From a virus (Duplodnaviria; Heunggongvirae; Uroviricota; Caudoviricetes): a stretch of DNA of 64,000 nucleotides. The stretch spans positions 15,772 to 79,771 of the IMG/VR virus record IMGVR_UViG_3300042879_003909. One strand, 5' to 3'. The stretch's first letter is position 1. Each line of letters opens with the position of its first letter. Shown piece by piece: positions 13,139 through 23,858 of this stretch. Under the pieces are notes generated by a model, which did no database searches, was not told where the DNA came from, and saw only the letters and a list, made by a program, of their open reading frames with translations. A program made the position numbers and the translations under genes.

Positions 13139-15101
13139 ACTAAAAGATGCTTGGCTAAACATAGAAGTTAATGAAAACGATCTATTTAATCCTTTATCTA
13201 TATTAGACGAAGTAGAAGACGTTGAGCAATATATAGAGCGCATAACTTGGTTAATGGCCCAGCCCGAGTATTTTTCTTTTATTACAAAATATGTATTAAA
13301 TCTTGAGCTTGCCCCTTTCCAGTATGTCGTTTTACAGGAAATGTGGAATAAAAAATTTCCAATGCTCATCGGTAGCCGTGGTATGTCTAAGTCTTTTACT
13401 ATGGCTGTATACTGTATATTAAGATGCTTGCTTATGCCACGTAGAAAAATTATCGTGGTCGGTGCGGCTTTCCGCCAGTCCAAAGTTATTTTCGAATATA
13501 TGGAAACGATTTGGAAGAATGCTCCGATATTAAGGGATTTGTGTGATAAAGATAGCGGGCCTTCTAGAGACATAGATAGGTGCGTTCTTAGGATTAACGG
13601 TGGAACTATTACCTGCCTACCTCTGGGCAATGGCGAAAAAATTAGAGGTCAGCGCGCTAACGACATTATAGCCGACGAATTTGCTTCTATACCGAGAGAT
13701 ATTTTTGAAAACGTTGTAGCGGGTTTTGCGTCAGTTTCAGCTTCGCCAATAGAAAATATTAAGCTAAAAGCATCAAGGAAAAAGGCCAAAGAGCTTGGTG
13801 TTGTGTGGGAAGACCATTTAGAGGATGCTGGAACTATACATGCCACAAACCAGATTATATTATCAGGTACAGCATACTATGAATTTAATCACTTTGCCCA
13901 ATACTGGAAAAAATATAAAAGCATTGTAGAGACCAAGGGCAACTATAAAAAACTAACAGAAGTATTAGGCTCTCCACCAAGCCCAGATTTTAATTGGGCA
14001 GATTATACAATACTAAGAATACCAGTTAATTATTTGCCGGAAGGATTCATGGATGAAGCTCAGATAGAGCGAGCTAGGGCCACTGTTCACTCCGGCATCT
14101 TTCAGATGGAATATGGCTCAGTATTTACCTCAGACTCTCAGGGCTTCTTTAAACGCAGCTTGATTGAGTCTTGTTGCGTGTCAAACGATAATCCTATTAA
14201 GCTACCAAGCGGAGACGTTTTCTTTGAGCCACTGCTTACGGGCAGTCAGCAGAAACAATATGTTTATGGAGTTGACCCAGCTTCGGAAGTGGATAATTTT
14301 AGCATAGTCGTATTAGAAATAAATGACGATCATAGAAGAATAGTTCATTGCTGGACTACTAATAGGCAAGAGCACAAAAATAGGGTCAAGTCTGGGCTAG
14401 CAGAAGAGGATGATTTTTATTCTTATTGTGCTAGAAAAATACGTAATCTAATGAAGATATTTCCCTGTAGAGAAATCGCTATGGACTCTCAGGGTGGCGG
14501 TATAGCGGTCATGGAAGCACTGCACGACAAAGATAAGATCAGGGACGGAGAACTACCGATATGGCCGACAATAGATGCAGAAAGCCCAAAGGATACAGAC
14601 GACAATCCGGGCCTACATATATTAAAAATGTGCAACTTTGCTAAAGCAGACTGGCTTAGCGAAGCTAACCACGGTCTGCGTAAAGACATGGAGGACAAAG
14701 TCCTTCTTTTCCCATATTTTGATGCTGTTAGCTTGGGCCTATCATCAGAATTAGATAATTTAGAGAATCGGCTTTATGATACAAGAGAAGATTGTATTTT
14801 AGAAATAGAAGAACTTAAAAATGAATTATCTATGATTGTAATCAGCCAAACACAAAGCGGCAGAGAACGATGGGATACGCCTGAAACTAAAATAGGTATA
14901 AATAAAAAACTTAAACTAAGAAAAGATAGATATTCTTCTTTACTAATGGCCAATATGTCGGCTAGATCTAAGCCCTCTGTTAATGTGATAGAGTCTTATA
15001 CATGCATAGGCGGATTTGCTCAATCTTATAATTCTAATGATTCTGATGATAGCGATGAAGACCTATATTATGGACCCCAGTGGTGGTCGCCAGAATACTA
15101 A
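13119..15101 (+). CDS. terL: Terminase large subunit
   Basis: Walker A GSRGMSKS, Walker B IIADEF, ILSGT coupling motif, RNase H-like YGVDPAS...KDRYSS. Confidence 0.9.
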   Translation: MISIENKLKDAWLNIEVNENDLFNPLSILDEVEDVEQYIERITWLMAQPEYFSFITKYVLNLELAPFQYVVLQEMWNKKFPMLIGSRGMSKSFTMAVYCILRCLLMPRRKIIVVGAAFRQSKVIFEYMETIWKNAPILRDLCDKDSGPSRDIDRCVLRINGGTITCLPLGNGEKIRGQRANDIIADEFASIPRDIFENVVAGFASVSASPIENIKLKASRKKAKELGVVWEDHLEDAGTIHATNQIILSGTAYYEFNHFAQYWKKYKSIVETKGNYKKLTEVLGSPPSPDFNWADYTILRIPVNYLPEGFMDEAQIERARATVHSGIFQMEYGSVFTSDSQGFFKRSLIESCCVSNDNPIKLPSGDVFFEPLLTGSQQKQYVYGVDPASEVDNFSIVVLEINDDHRRIVHCWTTNRQEHKNRVKSGLAEEDDFYSYCARKIRNLMKIFPCREIAMDSQGGGIAVMEALHDKDKIRDGELPIWPTIDAESPKDTDDNPGLHILKMCNFAKADWLSEANHGLRKDMEDKVLLFPYFDAVSLGLSSELDNLENRLYDTREDCILEIEELKNELSMIVISQTQSGRERWDTPETKIGINKKLKLRKDRYSSLLMANMSARSKPSVNVIESYTCIGGFAQSYNSNDSDDSDEDLYYGPQWWSPEY

Positions 15102-15112
15102 TTCTGTGTATA
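15102..15112 (+). promoter_or_regulatory. Putative late promoter motif (T-rich GTGTA)
   Basis: TTCTGTGTATA in gap before portal. Confidence 0.45.
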
Positions 15113-15162
15113 GAATTATGTAATGGTATTACTAATTCAATTACAGGGGTTTTAATCAAATT

Positions 15163-17205
15163 ATGAATAAGTCACCAGAAGATCAAGAGTTTTTTAGAAG
15201 TTATGGCTCCAAAGAAATTGTTGATGCTTATGGCTCAGTAGAAAGAGCAACGGCCTATAGAGACAGAACATTTATTGATGTTGAGCCAAGTCGCTCCGTT
15301 AGGCCCGGATTTAATAAATCTGATTATTATTCCTTTAGATCATCAGAAATTATACCTTCTCAACAAAAGAAGATCATGAAGCAGTCGATGGATGCTTATG
15401 ATAGAGTTGGTATTGTAAGAAATGTAATCGACCTCATGGGAGATTTTGCGTGTCAGGGCATTACTCTTGTTCACGAAAATAAAACAATAGAAAAATTTTA
15501 TAGAAGATGGTTTTCCGAAGTAAATGGTATAGAAAGATCAGAAAGATTTTGCAATTATCTATTTCGTCACGGAAACCCAATAGTTAGACGATCCACAGCT
15601 AAAATTTCTGCTAAAAAAGAAAAAGAACTGAGAGCTTCAGCCGCCGAAGATATTTACCCGGAAGAAGTAGATGTAAAAAAGCGAGAGATTCCGTGGAGAT
15701 ATGAATTCTTAAATCCTACAGCCTGTGACTTTAAGAAGACCGGGGTAGGCCAATATAAGCTTGTAATGAATCTAAGCTCAAGCACCGTCCAAGATCTAAA
15801 ACGACAAAACAATGTTTATGTTTTATCTGATAACTTGCGTAAGAATATTGAAGCAGGGCAAAACTATATCGATTTAGATACAAACTCTGTCTCTATATAT
15901 CATTACAAAAAAGACGATTGGCTATTATGGGCTAATCCTATGATTTACGCAATTCTAGATGATATTTTCATGCTAGAAAAAATGAAGCTTGCAGATTTGG
16001 CGGCTCTAGACGGGGCTATTTCTAATATTCGCCTTTGGACTCTGGGAGACCTAGAACACAAGATTGCTCCAAAGAAAGCTATATTAAATAAACTAAGAGA
16101 TATATTAGCCAGCAATGTCGGTGGCGGTACTATGGATCTTGTATGGGGCCCCGAACTTAAATTTACCGAAAGCAACTCCCAGATTTATAAATTCTTGGGC
16201 TCTGAAAAATACCAACCTGTTCTTACCTCAATTTATGCCGGGCTCGGCATACCCCCAACACTCACCGGGGCGTCTGGGTCTAGCGGCGGATATACCAATA
16301 ATTATGTTTCTCTTAAAACATTAATTGAAAGATTAGAATACGGCAGATCTGTATTATTAACCTTCTGGCAGAAGGAGCTAGAAATAATAAGAAAAGCTAT
16401 GGGCTTTAAAAAAGCGGCCCAGATTCACTTTGATTCTATTATTTTATCAGACGAAGCATCCATGAAGAAACTAATGATCGATCTGGCTGACAGAAACATC
16501 ATTAGCAATGAAACATTGCTTGAACGAATGAGAGAAATGCCAGAAATAGAAAAAATCCGTGTCAAGCGGGAAGAGAAGGCTAGAAATGAAAATAATGATA
16601 TGCCAGATAAGGCTAGTCCATTTCATAGTCCACAGCACGCTAAAAAGATTGCTGAAATATCTGCTCAGAGGGGCGCACTAGATAAGCCTTATTATGACAA
16701 GTTAGAGATTCCATATAAGGAGCCGACAGTGCCTCAAGGTGGCGGCGGTCTTGGTAATCCTGCAAAACCAAAGGATAACCCATCTCCATCTGGTGGTCGC
16801 CCCCTGAACAGTAAAGACACAACCAAAAGAGCTACTAAGGTTGTTCAGCCAAGAAGCAAGGCCGACATTGCTATGTGGGCTGTTTCTGCACAAAAACAAA
16901 TAGCCGATATCTTAAATCCTTTTATCTTAAAACATTTTGATAAGAAAAATTTAAGGGCTATGACCAATGAAGAAACACGCCAATATGAAAACCTTAAATT
17001 GTCAGTTTTAGCCAATATTGAGCCTTTTACCAAGATAGGCCCGGAAAATGTTTATGAGGCTATTAATCTAAATAAAACTTATTCTAAAGAGTTTTCAGAC
17101 ATGGTAAAAACAAAGGTAGAAGAGTTTATTTCTGATAATAATGAAAAGCCAAGCTTTGAACAAATGAAGCATATTTATGCTAATTGTTATGCCGAATTAA
17201 CTTAA
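15163..17205 (+). CDS. Portal protein
   Basis: 680 aa directly after terL and before protease/capsid; helical, with LGIP...G and LIERLE..R segments typical of portals. Confidence 0.8.
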   Translation: MNKSPEDQEFFRSYGSKEIVDAYGSVERATAYRDRTFIDVEPSRSVRPGFNKSDYYSFRSSEIIPSQQKKIMKQSMDAYDRVGIVRNVIDLMGDFACQGITLVHENKTIEKFYRRWFSEVNGIERSERFCNYLFRHGNPIVRRSTAKISAKKEKELRASAAEDIYPEEVDVKKREIPWRYEFLNPTACDFKKTGVGQYKLVMNLSSSTVQDLKRQNNVYVLSDNLRKNIEAGQNYIDLDTNSVSIYHYKKDDWLLWANPMIYAILDDIFMLEKMKLADLAALDGAISNIRLWTLGDLEHKIAPKKAILNKLRDILASNVGGGTMDLVWGPELKFTESNSQIYKFLGSEKYQPVLTSIYAGLGIPPTLTGASGSSGGYTNNYVSLKTLIERLEYGRSVLLTFWQKELEIIRKAMGFKKAAQIHFDSIILSDEASMKKLMIDLADRNIISNETLLERMREMPEIEKIRVKREEKARNENNDMPDKASPFHSPQHAKKIAEISAQRGALDKPYYDKLEIPYKEPTVPQGGGGLGNPAKPKDNPSPSGGRPLNSKDTTKRATKVVQPRSKADIAMWAVSAQKQIADILNPFILKHFDKKNLRAMTNEETRQYENLKLSVLANIEPFTKIGPENVYEAINLNKTYSKEFSDMVKTKVEEFISDNNEKPSFEQMKHIYANCYAELT

Positions 17206-17213
17206 AAATAAAT

Positions 17214-17225
17214 TTTTTGTGTATT
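17214..17225 (+). promoter_or_regulatory. Putative late promoter motif (T-rich GTGTA)
   Basis: TTTTTGTGTATT in gap before protease gene. Confidence 0.45.
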
Positions 17226-17263
17226 AAGAAACGTATACATTTATTAAAACTATGAGGTTAAAA

Positions 17264-18688
17264 ATGGAAATTTTTCAAAAAGAGATAGAAGACGGTTTGG
17301 CTCAAGCTATAGCTTCGCAGTCGTCCGTTGCTTATTTATCTCCGGCAGTCAGTGCCAAAAAAAGCTTCCATTTAAATGAAAGGTCCGTTGCTCACATTGT
17401 TAAAGCCGCCGAGCTTGATAATGAGAACCAAATGGACCTTTTTTATTTAACATCTGTTCTTGTCAGCACCGGCTGGAATAAAAACGACGACATATTTCTA
17501 GCAGAAGAAATGTGGGCGGCTCGAAAAACCCCGGAAGACAAACAGTTTAATTATATGCACAATGAAAAGGATATCATCGGCCATATTACGGGTAATTATG
17601 TTGTTGATTATATGGGCGACTTAATACCAGACGATATGGATCTAGCAGATATTCCTGCCGATTTTAATATTATCACTAATGCTGTTATTTATAAGACTTG
17701 GAGTGATAAAGAACTTAGAGACAGAATGAGAACCATCATTGAAGAAATTGAGCAAGGTGGTAAATGGCATGTTTCTATGGAGTGCCTGTTTCCAAGATTC
17801 GACTACGCCCTACAAGATAGTAAGGGCAGTATGAAACTGGTTAACCGGGAAGAGTCAACAGCATATTTAACAAAACACCTAAGAGCCTACGGGGGTTCCG
17901 GTGAATACGACGGTTATAAGCTTGGACGGGTTTTGCGCAATTTATCGTTTTCAGGTAAAGGCTTGGTAACAAAACCCGCTAATCCTCGCAGCGTTATATT
18001 AAATGAAAAATCTGTTTCTGAAAATATTAAGGAGAAACAAATGGATATTGAAGAACTGAAGGCCAAACTAGCTAAAGCTGAACTTGAGCTAGCAGAAGCC
18101 GCAAAGATGAACGAAGAAATGAAAAAGAAAATGGAGCAAAAGAAAGACGAAGAAAGCAAAGCTACTCTAGCCCAGCTAGAAGAATACAAAACAGCTATTG
18201 CTGAAAAAGATCAAACTTTGGCTTCATTGCAAGAGCAAATCAGCAAGCTATCGCAAGAGCTTACAGACACCAAGGCATCTTTTGATGCTCTAAGGACTGA
18301 AAAAGAAGCTACTGAAGCTAAGTATCAAGATATGCAAAAGAAAATGAAAATGGAAAAGAGAAAGGCTCAGTTGGCGGAAGCTGGCGTTGAAGAGTCTGAT
18401 CTAGAAGAAACCTTGGCTTCAGTTGAAGCTTTGGATGACGTAGGCTTCGATAAAATCGTAGCTATGATGAAAAAGAAAATGGCAAAAGAAAAAATGAAAG
18501 AAGTTCCTGCTAAGGCTAGCGAGTCTGCTGCGGAAGACATTTTGGATGATGCCGTTGAAAGCAATAAAACTGTTGCGTCTGTTATCAACGAAACCGAAGA
18601 TGATGACGCTTCTCAAAAACTAAGATCATCTGCTGCTGAGTGGCTAGGCGGTTGCTTTTCTACTCTTGGCAAAAAAACTAAAAAGTAA
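17264..18688 (+). CDS. Prohead protease/scaffold fusion
   Basis: N-terminal globular domain (YMHNEKDIIGHI, VSMECLF, FSGKGLV.KPANP) plus long E/K-rich coiled coil; between portal and capsid. Confidence 0.7.
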   Translation: MEIFQKEIEDGLAQAIASQSSVAYLSPAVSAKKSFHLNERSVAHIVKAAELDNENQMDLFYLTSVLVSTGWNKNDDIFLAEEMWAARKTPEDKQFNYMHNEKDIIGHITGNYVVDYMGDLIPDDMDLADIPADFNIITNAVIYKTWSDKELRDRMRTIIEEIEQGGKWHVSMECLFPRFDYALQDSKGSMKLVNREESTAYLTKHLRAYGGSGEYDGYKLGRVLRNLSFSGKGLVTKPANPRSVILNEKSVSENIKEKQMDIEELKAKLAKAELELAEAAKMNEEMKKKMEQKKDEESKATLAQLEEYKTAIAEKDQTLASLQEQISKLSQELTDTKASFDALRTEKEATEAKYQDMQKKMKMEKRKAQLAEAGVEESDLEETLASVEALDDVGFDKIVAMMKKKMAKEKMKEVPAKASESAAEDILDDAVESNKTVASVINETEDDDASQKLRSSAAEWLGGCFSTLGKKTKK

Positions 18689-18706
18689 TAAATAGGAGAT
18701 ATAAAT

Positions 18707-19186
18707 ATGGCTCTAAAAGGCGATAGATACGAACTACAAACCGACATTTCTTTCTTCATGAATGAAGTTGCCGAGCGAGGCGGTATGGCCGTGTTAAGTA
18801 CTGGTGGTTCCGGTGCTGCTATGGATCAAAGCCAAGCTTTGGTTACATATGCTTCAACTGGTTCTGGTAAAGTTCCTGTTGGTATTTTGCTAAACGATAT
18901 GGTCAATATTGACCTAACTCGTCAGCACATTAATTGGTACAAGAACGAAGTACAGAAGGGCGGCAAGGTAACTTTGCTACGCAAAGGCTATGTTGTTACC
19001 AACAGAATTCAGGGCGCTGCTCCTGCTGCTGGTAATGCAGTTTATGTTGCTCATAGCGGAAACCTATCAGCAACAGACCTTGTTGGTCAAGGTACTTCGC
19101 TCGTAGTTGGTACTTGGATGTCAAGCCCAGACCAAGATGGTTACGCTAAGGTTGAAATCAATCTTCCTGTAACCCGTAGACAATAA
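18707..19186 (+). CDS. Capsid decoration/cement protein
   Basis: 159 aa, beta-rich, immediately upstream of major capsid. Confidence 0.6.
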   Translation: MALKGDRYELQTDISFFMNEVAERGGMAVLSTGGSGAAMDQSQALVTYASTGSGKVPVGILLNDMVNIDLTRQHINWYKNEVQKGGKVTLLRKGYVVTNRIQGAAPAAGNAVYVAHSGNLSATDLVGQGTSLVVGTWMSSPDQDGYAKVEINLPVTRRQ

Positions 19187-19214
19187 TTATAAAATATAAA
19201 TAGGAGAATATAAC

Positions 19215-20222
19215 ATGGTTAAAAGCGTAGAACGTCCAAGCGACGAACTAATTGATCTATACAAAAGATCTGGTAGCGCAGACAAGTCTGTAGCTATCGA
19301 AGCACAACGCGAAATCGCAAAAGCTATCGAAACCCCTCTTCGTGAAGGCGTTTTGTTTGGCGATGTGATTGGCGGTATTTATCAGCCAATGCCTCTAGAA
19401 GCTAATGCTTCTCCAGAGTTTCCATTGGACTTGCTAGCTCCGGGCACCGAATTGGAGCATGTGGCCTATACCAACCCGGGCCACGGTCGCATCCCTGAAA
19501 AATCAGTGGAAAGCGACTACGTTATGATTCACACCTATGGCATCACTTCATCGATTGACTTCTTGCTAAAGTATGCTCGTCAAGCAAACTGGAATGTTTT
19601 GCAACGCGCTATGCAAGTTATGGAAGCTAGCTTCGTCAAGAAGATGAACGATGACGGCTGGCACACCTTGCTAGCTGCTGCTGTGGATCGTAACATTTTG
19701 GTTTATGACGCCGATGCGGCTGCTGGTCAGTTCACCAAGAGACTTGTTTCTCTTATGAAGACCGTTATGCGCCGAAACGGTGGCGGTAATAGCGTTACAG
19801 CTAAGGGCAAGTTGACCGATCTTTATATGTCTCCAGAAGGCATTGAAGACGTTCGCAACTGGGGCGTTGATCAGTTGGACGAAGTTTCTCGTAGAGAAGT
19901 TTACGTTGCTGCTGACAACGGCGGTCCTTTGGCTAGAATCTTTGGTGTTAACTTGAACGAATTGCTCGAATTGGGCGACGGTCAAGAATATCAAGATTAC
20001 TTTGTAACCGATCTAGGTGGCGCTCTTGAAGGATCTGACGTTGAATTGCTAATTGGTTTGGATAAGGCTCGTACAACCAGCTTTATCATGCCAGTTCGTG
20101 AAAACGTTCAGGTATTCGAAGACGAAACCCTACATCGTCAACAAAGACAAGGCTATTACGGTTGGGCAGAACTAGGATTCGGCGTTTTGGATAATCGCCA
20201 AATCATTGCTGGTTCTTACTAA
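19215..20222 (+). CDS. Major capsid protein (HK97 fold, inferred)
   Basis: 335 aa, strong RBS, position, strong terminator after, GYYGWAELGFGVLD C-terminal strand. Confidence 0.85.
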   Translation: MVKSVERPSDELIDLYKRSGSADKSVAIEAQREIAKAIETPLREGVLFGDVIGGIYQPMPLEANASPEFPLDLLAPGTELEHVAYTNPGHGRIPEKSVESDYVMIHTYGITSSIDFLLKYARQANWNVLQRAMQVMEASFVKKMNDDGWHTLLAAAVDRNILVYDADAAAGQFTKRLVSLMKTVMRRNGGGNSVTAKGKLTDLYMSPEGIEDVRNWGVDQLDEVSRREVYVAADNGGPLARIFGVNLNELLELGDGQEYQDYFVTDLGGALEGSDVELLIGLDKARTTSFIMPVRENVQVFEDETLHRQQRQGYYGWAELGFGVLDNRQIIAGSY

Positions 20223-20235
20223 ACCAAAAACAAAG

Positions 20236-20264
20236 AAGCGGGGTTGCAAAGCCCCGCTTTTTTT
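20236..20264 (+). terminator. Rho-independent terminator
   Basis: AAGCGGGGTT-GCAA-AGCCCCGCTT then T run. Confidence 0.9.
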
Positions 20265-20295
20265 GTTGTATAATACTGCGGTTATGCCAAATATA

Positions 20296-20307
20296 TTTTG
20301 GTGTAAT
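20296..20307 (+). promoter_or_regulatory. Putative late promoter motif (T-rich GTGTA)
   Basis: TTTTGGTGTAAT immediately after the capsid terminator. Confidence 0.5.
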
Positions 20308-20327
20308 TAGTAGCAGGGGGACTACTA

Positions 20328-23039
20328 ATGACGAATCCAAGGTATGGCTACGTTCTAACGACCGACGATGAGGGCCGGGTAATCTGGTCATCTATTAATG
20401 AAAATAATATACTTCCTTCGCAGTCTGGTAAAGCTGATTATGTTTTATCTACAACCGGAAGCGGTATTTATTGGAGGCTTCCGAGCGCCTCTATTTCTAT
20501 AGCTAATACAACCGCCAATCAGACATTCTATCCAGTGCTTTCTAGTGGCGATGGTTCTACAACGGGCGTATATGTCAGAAGTTCTCCCTATGCTTTTTCT
20601 TTTAACCCAAATCAAAATCGTTTATATACAGAAAATGCGACCGTAAATACTATTACTGTGGGCAGCGGTAATTCTGGTGGCATAGGTCAGCTATCTTGGA
20701 ATCCTGATGATGGCACTTTAGATTTAGGCTTGCTGGGCGGTAATTCTACCCTTCAAGTTGGTCAAGAATTAATGATCCGGGTTTTTAATGATGAAAATAA
20801 TCAAATTAATGATGGTCAAGTAGTATCTATTAATGGCGCTCAGGGACAGAGGCTTGCTATTTTAAGAGCCGTAGCTTCTGGTGCTTATTCTGCGGCTCAT
20901 GCTATTGGTATTGCTACTGAGAATATTCCATCTAAACAATTAGGTTTCATTACTGTTTTTGGAGTAGTTAGAAATCTAAATACATATATTGACGGAAGTT
21001 CTGAAGGAAGGGAAATATTTTTATCGCCAACTACGCCGGGCGACTGGACAGTAACTCGCCCTTCAGCCCCTAATCATGCTGTTTCAGTAGGTTTTATTCA
21101 GAGAGAGCATCCAAACGCTGGCAGTATTTTTGTTAGGGTTCAAACAGGCGATCACTTAGAATACCTGCATGATGTTTTATTAACCTCTCCCGCCAGCGGA
21201 GATATTATAAGATATGATTCATCTAATCAGGTTTGGAAAAATAGCCCGCTTCCATCTGGTGGTATTTATACTGCCGGTAGTGGCTTAATATTAGAAGGCT
21301 CTCAATTTAGAGTTCATGGCACTGGACAATTAAGTGAGCTAAGATTAAGAGCTAATGCTAGTAACTATACAGCTATTATAGCGTCCGGGCTAAATACTAA
21401 TTTGACTTTTATTTTACCATCAGGCTATGGATCTAATAATCAGGTGCTAAAGACAAATGGGGCCGGAGTTTTAGACTGGACTACCGTATCAACAGGAAGT
21501 ACTTACACGGCCGGGTCTGGCTTAACTTTAGTCGGCTCAGAATTTAATCTTGCTGGAACTGGCGTATTAGATAAATTAACTGTTACAAATAAACAATCAT
21601 CTAATATTCCTTTTATTGTAAGATCAGCCGCCGCTCAGTCTGCCAATATTCAAGAGTGGCAAAATTCAGCGCTGGGCGTTTTAGCTAGCGTAGACAAGGA
21701 TGGTAATTTTAGCAATTCAGCGACTGGGGCTTTTAATTTTGTACAGCTTAATAGTACTTTGGCGGCGCAGTCGGGCATACTTTTTGTAAATAATAGTAAA
21801 ATAGTATCTACGGCACCAAACTTAATATTTAATAATTCTAATTTAGCTTCACCGAAACTAACATTCCGGGCATCTGGCACTATAACGCCCGATATTTCAT
21901 TAAATATACTTACTACGGCTAGTGGCTCTACTTCTGGCGTACAAACATTATCTTTCGAGGGATCGGCCGGGCAGTTATTTTCTATTACCGATGTTTTAAA
22001 TAGCGGCACCATATTTAGTGTAAACGATATTTCTGGCTTACCTTTAATTGAGGCTGATGCAAGCGGCCTAGTTAGATTGGCCCGGTTTGGAACTGATGTT
22101 GAGGTTTATGCCCCGCTTGAATTAATGCCGACCGGAACCACATCGGGTAGAACTAATGAGCTTAGATTTTATGAGCTTGCTGCTAGTGGCTCAAACTATG
22201 TAGGATTTAGATCACCCGATTCTTTGGCGGCTAATCGTATATGGGTTTTGCCTACTGGCGATGGCTCTGCCTCTCAGGCCCTAACAACAAATGGGGCTGG
22301 TGTATTAAGCTGGTCAACGCCGTCCGGAACTACCTATACGGCTGGGTCTGGCTTGGCTTTAACGGGAACTCAGTTTAGTTTGGGTGGCACTGGCAATATT
22401 AGACAATTAAGATTTTTGTCTTCTGGTAATGCTAATTATATTTCTTTTACATCACCCGCCCTATCGGGTATTACAAATTATATTTTACCTACCGGCGATG
22501 GAACTTCTGGACAAGCTTTACTAACTAATGGCTCTGCGACTTTAAGCTGGGGCCTGCCAGTTCCTACCAGCGGCACAGCCACAGCCCTTAATAGTGTGGC
22601 CATAACAACCAATGCAAACTTTTATCCAGTTCTATCAAGCGGCACCGGGCCCAACGCTTCTTCCATAGATTTAGCTTTAACTTATAATCCTAGCACCGAC
22701 ATGCTTACAGCAAGCGGTATTACGGCAACTAGGTTTGCGGGTCATCCTAGCTCAATTATTACTGAATCTACCACATCTCGCACTCTACAGGCCGGGGATA
22801 ATGGCGGCGTAATAATGTGTACTAATAATAGTGGAGCCACCCTAACAGTCCCAACAGGTCTTCCGGTAGGATTTTCTGTCGGCGTTATGGCTGCGGCTAC
22901 TGGGGTTGTATCTTTTACAACATCTGGAACTACCTTAAATCATAGACAAAGCCATACTAAGCTGGCGGGACAATGGGCTATGGGAACTGTAATACAAAGA
23001 ACGACCAATAATTTTGTTTTAGCTGGGGACACTGCCTAA
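20328..23039 (+). CDS. Virion fibre/adhesin protein (mosaic)
   Basis: 903 aa, G/S/T/N-rich, repeated YTAGSGL.L.G..F and F.LP.GdG...QaL.TNG.GvL.W units. Confidence 0.65.
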   Translation: MTNPRYGYVLTTDDEGRVIWSSINENNILPSQSGKADYVLSTTGSGIYWRLPSASISIANTTANQTFYPVLSSGDGSTTGVYVRSSPYAFSFNPNQNRLYTENATVNTITVGSGNSGGIGQLSWNPDDGTLDLGLLGGNSTLQVGQELMIRVFNDENNQINDGQVVSINGAQGQRLAILRAVASGAYSAAHAIGIATENIPSKQLGFITVFGVVRNLNTYIDGSSEGREIFLSPTTPGDWTVTRPSAPNHAVSVGFIQREHPNAGSIFVRVQTGDHLEYLHDVLLTSPASGDIIRYDSSNQVWKNSPLPSGGIYTAGSGLILEGSQFRVHGTGQLSELRLRANASNYTAIIASGLNTNLTFILPSGYGSNNQVLKTNGAGVLDWTTVSTGSTYTAGSGLTLVGSEFNLAGTGVLDKLTVTNKQSSNIPFIVRSAAAQSANIQEWQNSALGVLASVDKDGNFSNSATGAFNFVQLNSTLAAQSGILFVNNSKIVSTAPNLIFNNSNLASPKLTFRASGTITPDISLNILTTASGSTSGVQTLSFEGSAGQLFSITDVLNSGTIFSVNDISGLPLIEADASGLVRLARFGTDVEVYAPLELMPTGTTSGRTNELRFYELAASGSNYVGFRSPDSLAANRIWVLPTGDGSASQALTTNGAGVLSWSTPSGTTYTAGSGLALTGTQFSLGGTGNIRQLRFLSSGNANYISFTSPALSGITNYILPTGDGTSGQALLTNGSATLSWGLPVPTSGTATALNSVAITTNANFYPVLSSGTGPNASSIDLALTYNPSTDMLTASGITATRFAGHPSSIITESTTSRTLQAGDNGGVIMCTNNSGATLTVPTGLPVGFSVGVMAAATGVVSFTTSGTTLNHRQSHTKLAGQWAMGTVIQRTTNNFVLAGDTA

Positions 23040-23398
23040 TGTTTATTAATCTTATTCGCGGCACATTAAGGCCCGGCACTGCTGCCTGTGTTAACATAAC
23101 GGTAAATACAACTAACGAAAGTCTTACATATTCTGAAAATCAATCGTTTACACTCAATGCTGGTGTATTAACTGGTAGTACTCCAATTACGTATCAGTGG
23201 CAAAGAAAATACCCCGCTGGATCATTTGCGGATATTAGTGGGGCTACAAGTGCTAGCTATACCGAATCATCGGGTCTAACCGTGGCTCAAAGCGGCACCG
23301 AATATAGATGTAATGTATCCAACGCTTGTAGTAGTGCAACAAGTAGAGTAATAACAATAACAGTTTTAGCCTCGCCACCGCCCGGCGGAGGCTTATAG
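23039..23398 (+). CDS. Ig-like domain protein
   Basis: TPITYQWQRK...DISGAT.ASY...YRCNVSNAC. Confidence 0.7.
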   Translation: MFINLIRGTLRPGTAACVNITVNTTNESLTYSENQSFTLNAGVLTGSTPITYQWQRKYPAGSFADISGATSASYTESSGLTVAQSGTEYRCNVSNACSSATSRVITITVLASPPPGGGL

Positions 23399-23408
23399 GA
23401 GATTTATA

Positions 23409-23858
23409 ATGGCTCAATTTTGTGTTGGAATAGCGGACGAACAAGTTCAGTTAGTAATAACCTCACTTTGTTCTTTATATAAATATGTACCCATTGTGCC
23501 CAACCCTGACCCCTATAATCATCCAAACCCAGCTTTCGACCCAGCTCAGGAAGAAGGCCCGGATAACTTGAAGTCCATTCCTCAGTTTTTACCAAATCCA
23601 GAATATGTCGAGCCTACTGAAGAATCCACTGTTGGGGATGTATTGAGTGGTCCGCCCCAGTTTATTTTAAATCCTGACTGGAATCCGCCAGCAACAATTC
23701 CTAATCCAGAAAGCCCGTATCACTTTGTTAATAGAATGGTTCGTAACTGGATTACGGAAAATGTTAAGGCGTATCAGGCTCAAGTTGCCGCAGAAGCCGC
23801 TAGACAGGCTGCTTTAGAGGCTACACAGGTGGAGATTACTGATCCTTATGTCAGTTAA
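23409..23858 (+). CDS. Hypothetical virion-associated protein with PNP repeats
   Basis: ORF track; internal PQF.xNPxY/W repeats. Confidence 0.65.
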   Translation: MAQFCVGIADEQVQLVITSLCSLYKYVPIVPNPDPYNHPNPAFDPAQEEGPDNLKSIPQFLPNPEYVEPTEESTVGDVLSGPPQFILNPDWNPPATIPNPESPYHFVNRMVRNWITENVKAYQAQVAAEAARQAALEATQVEITDPYVS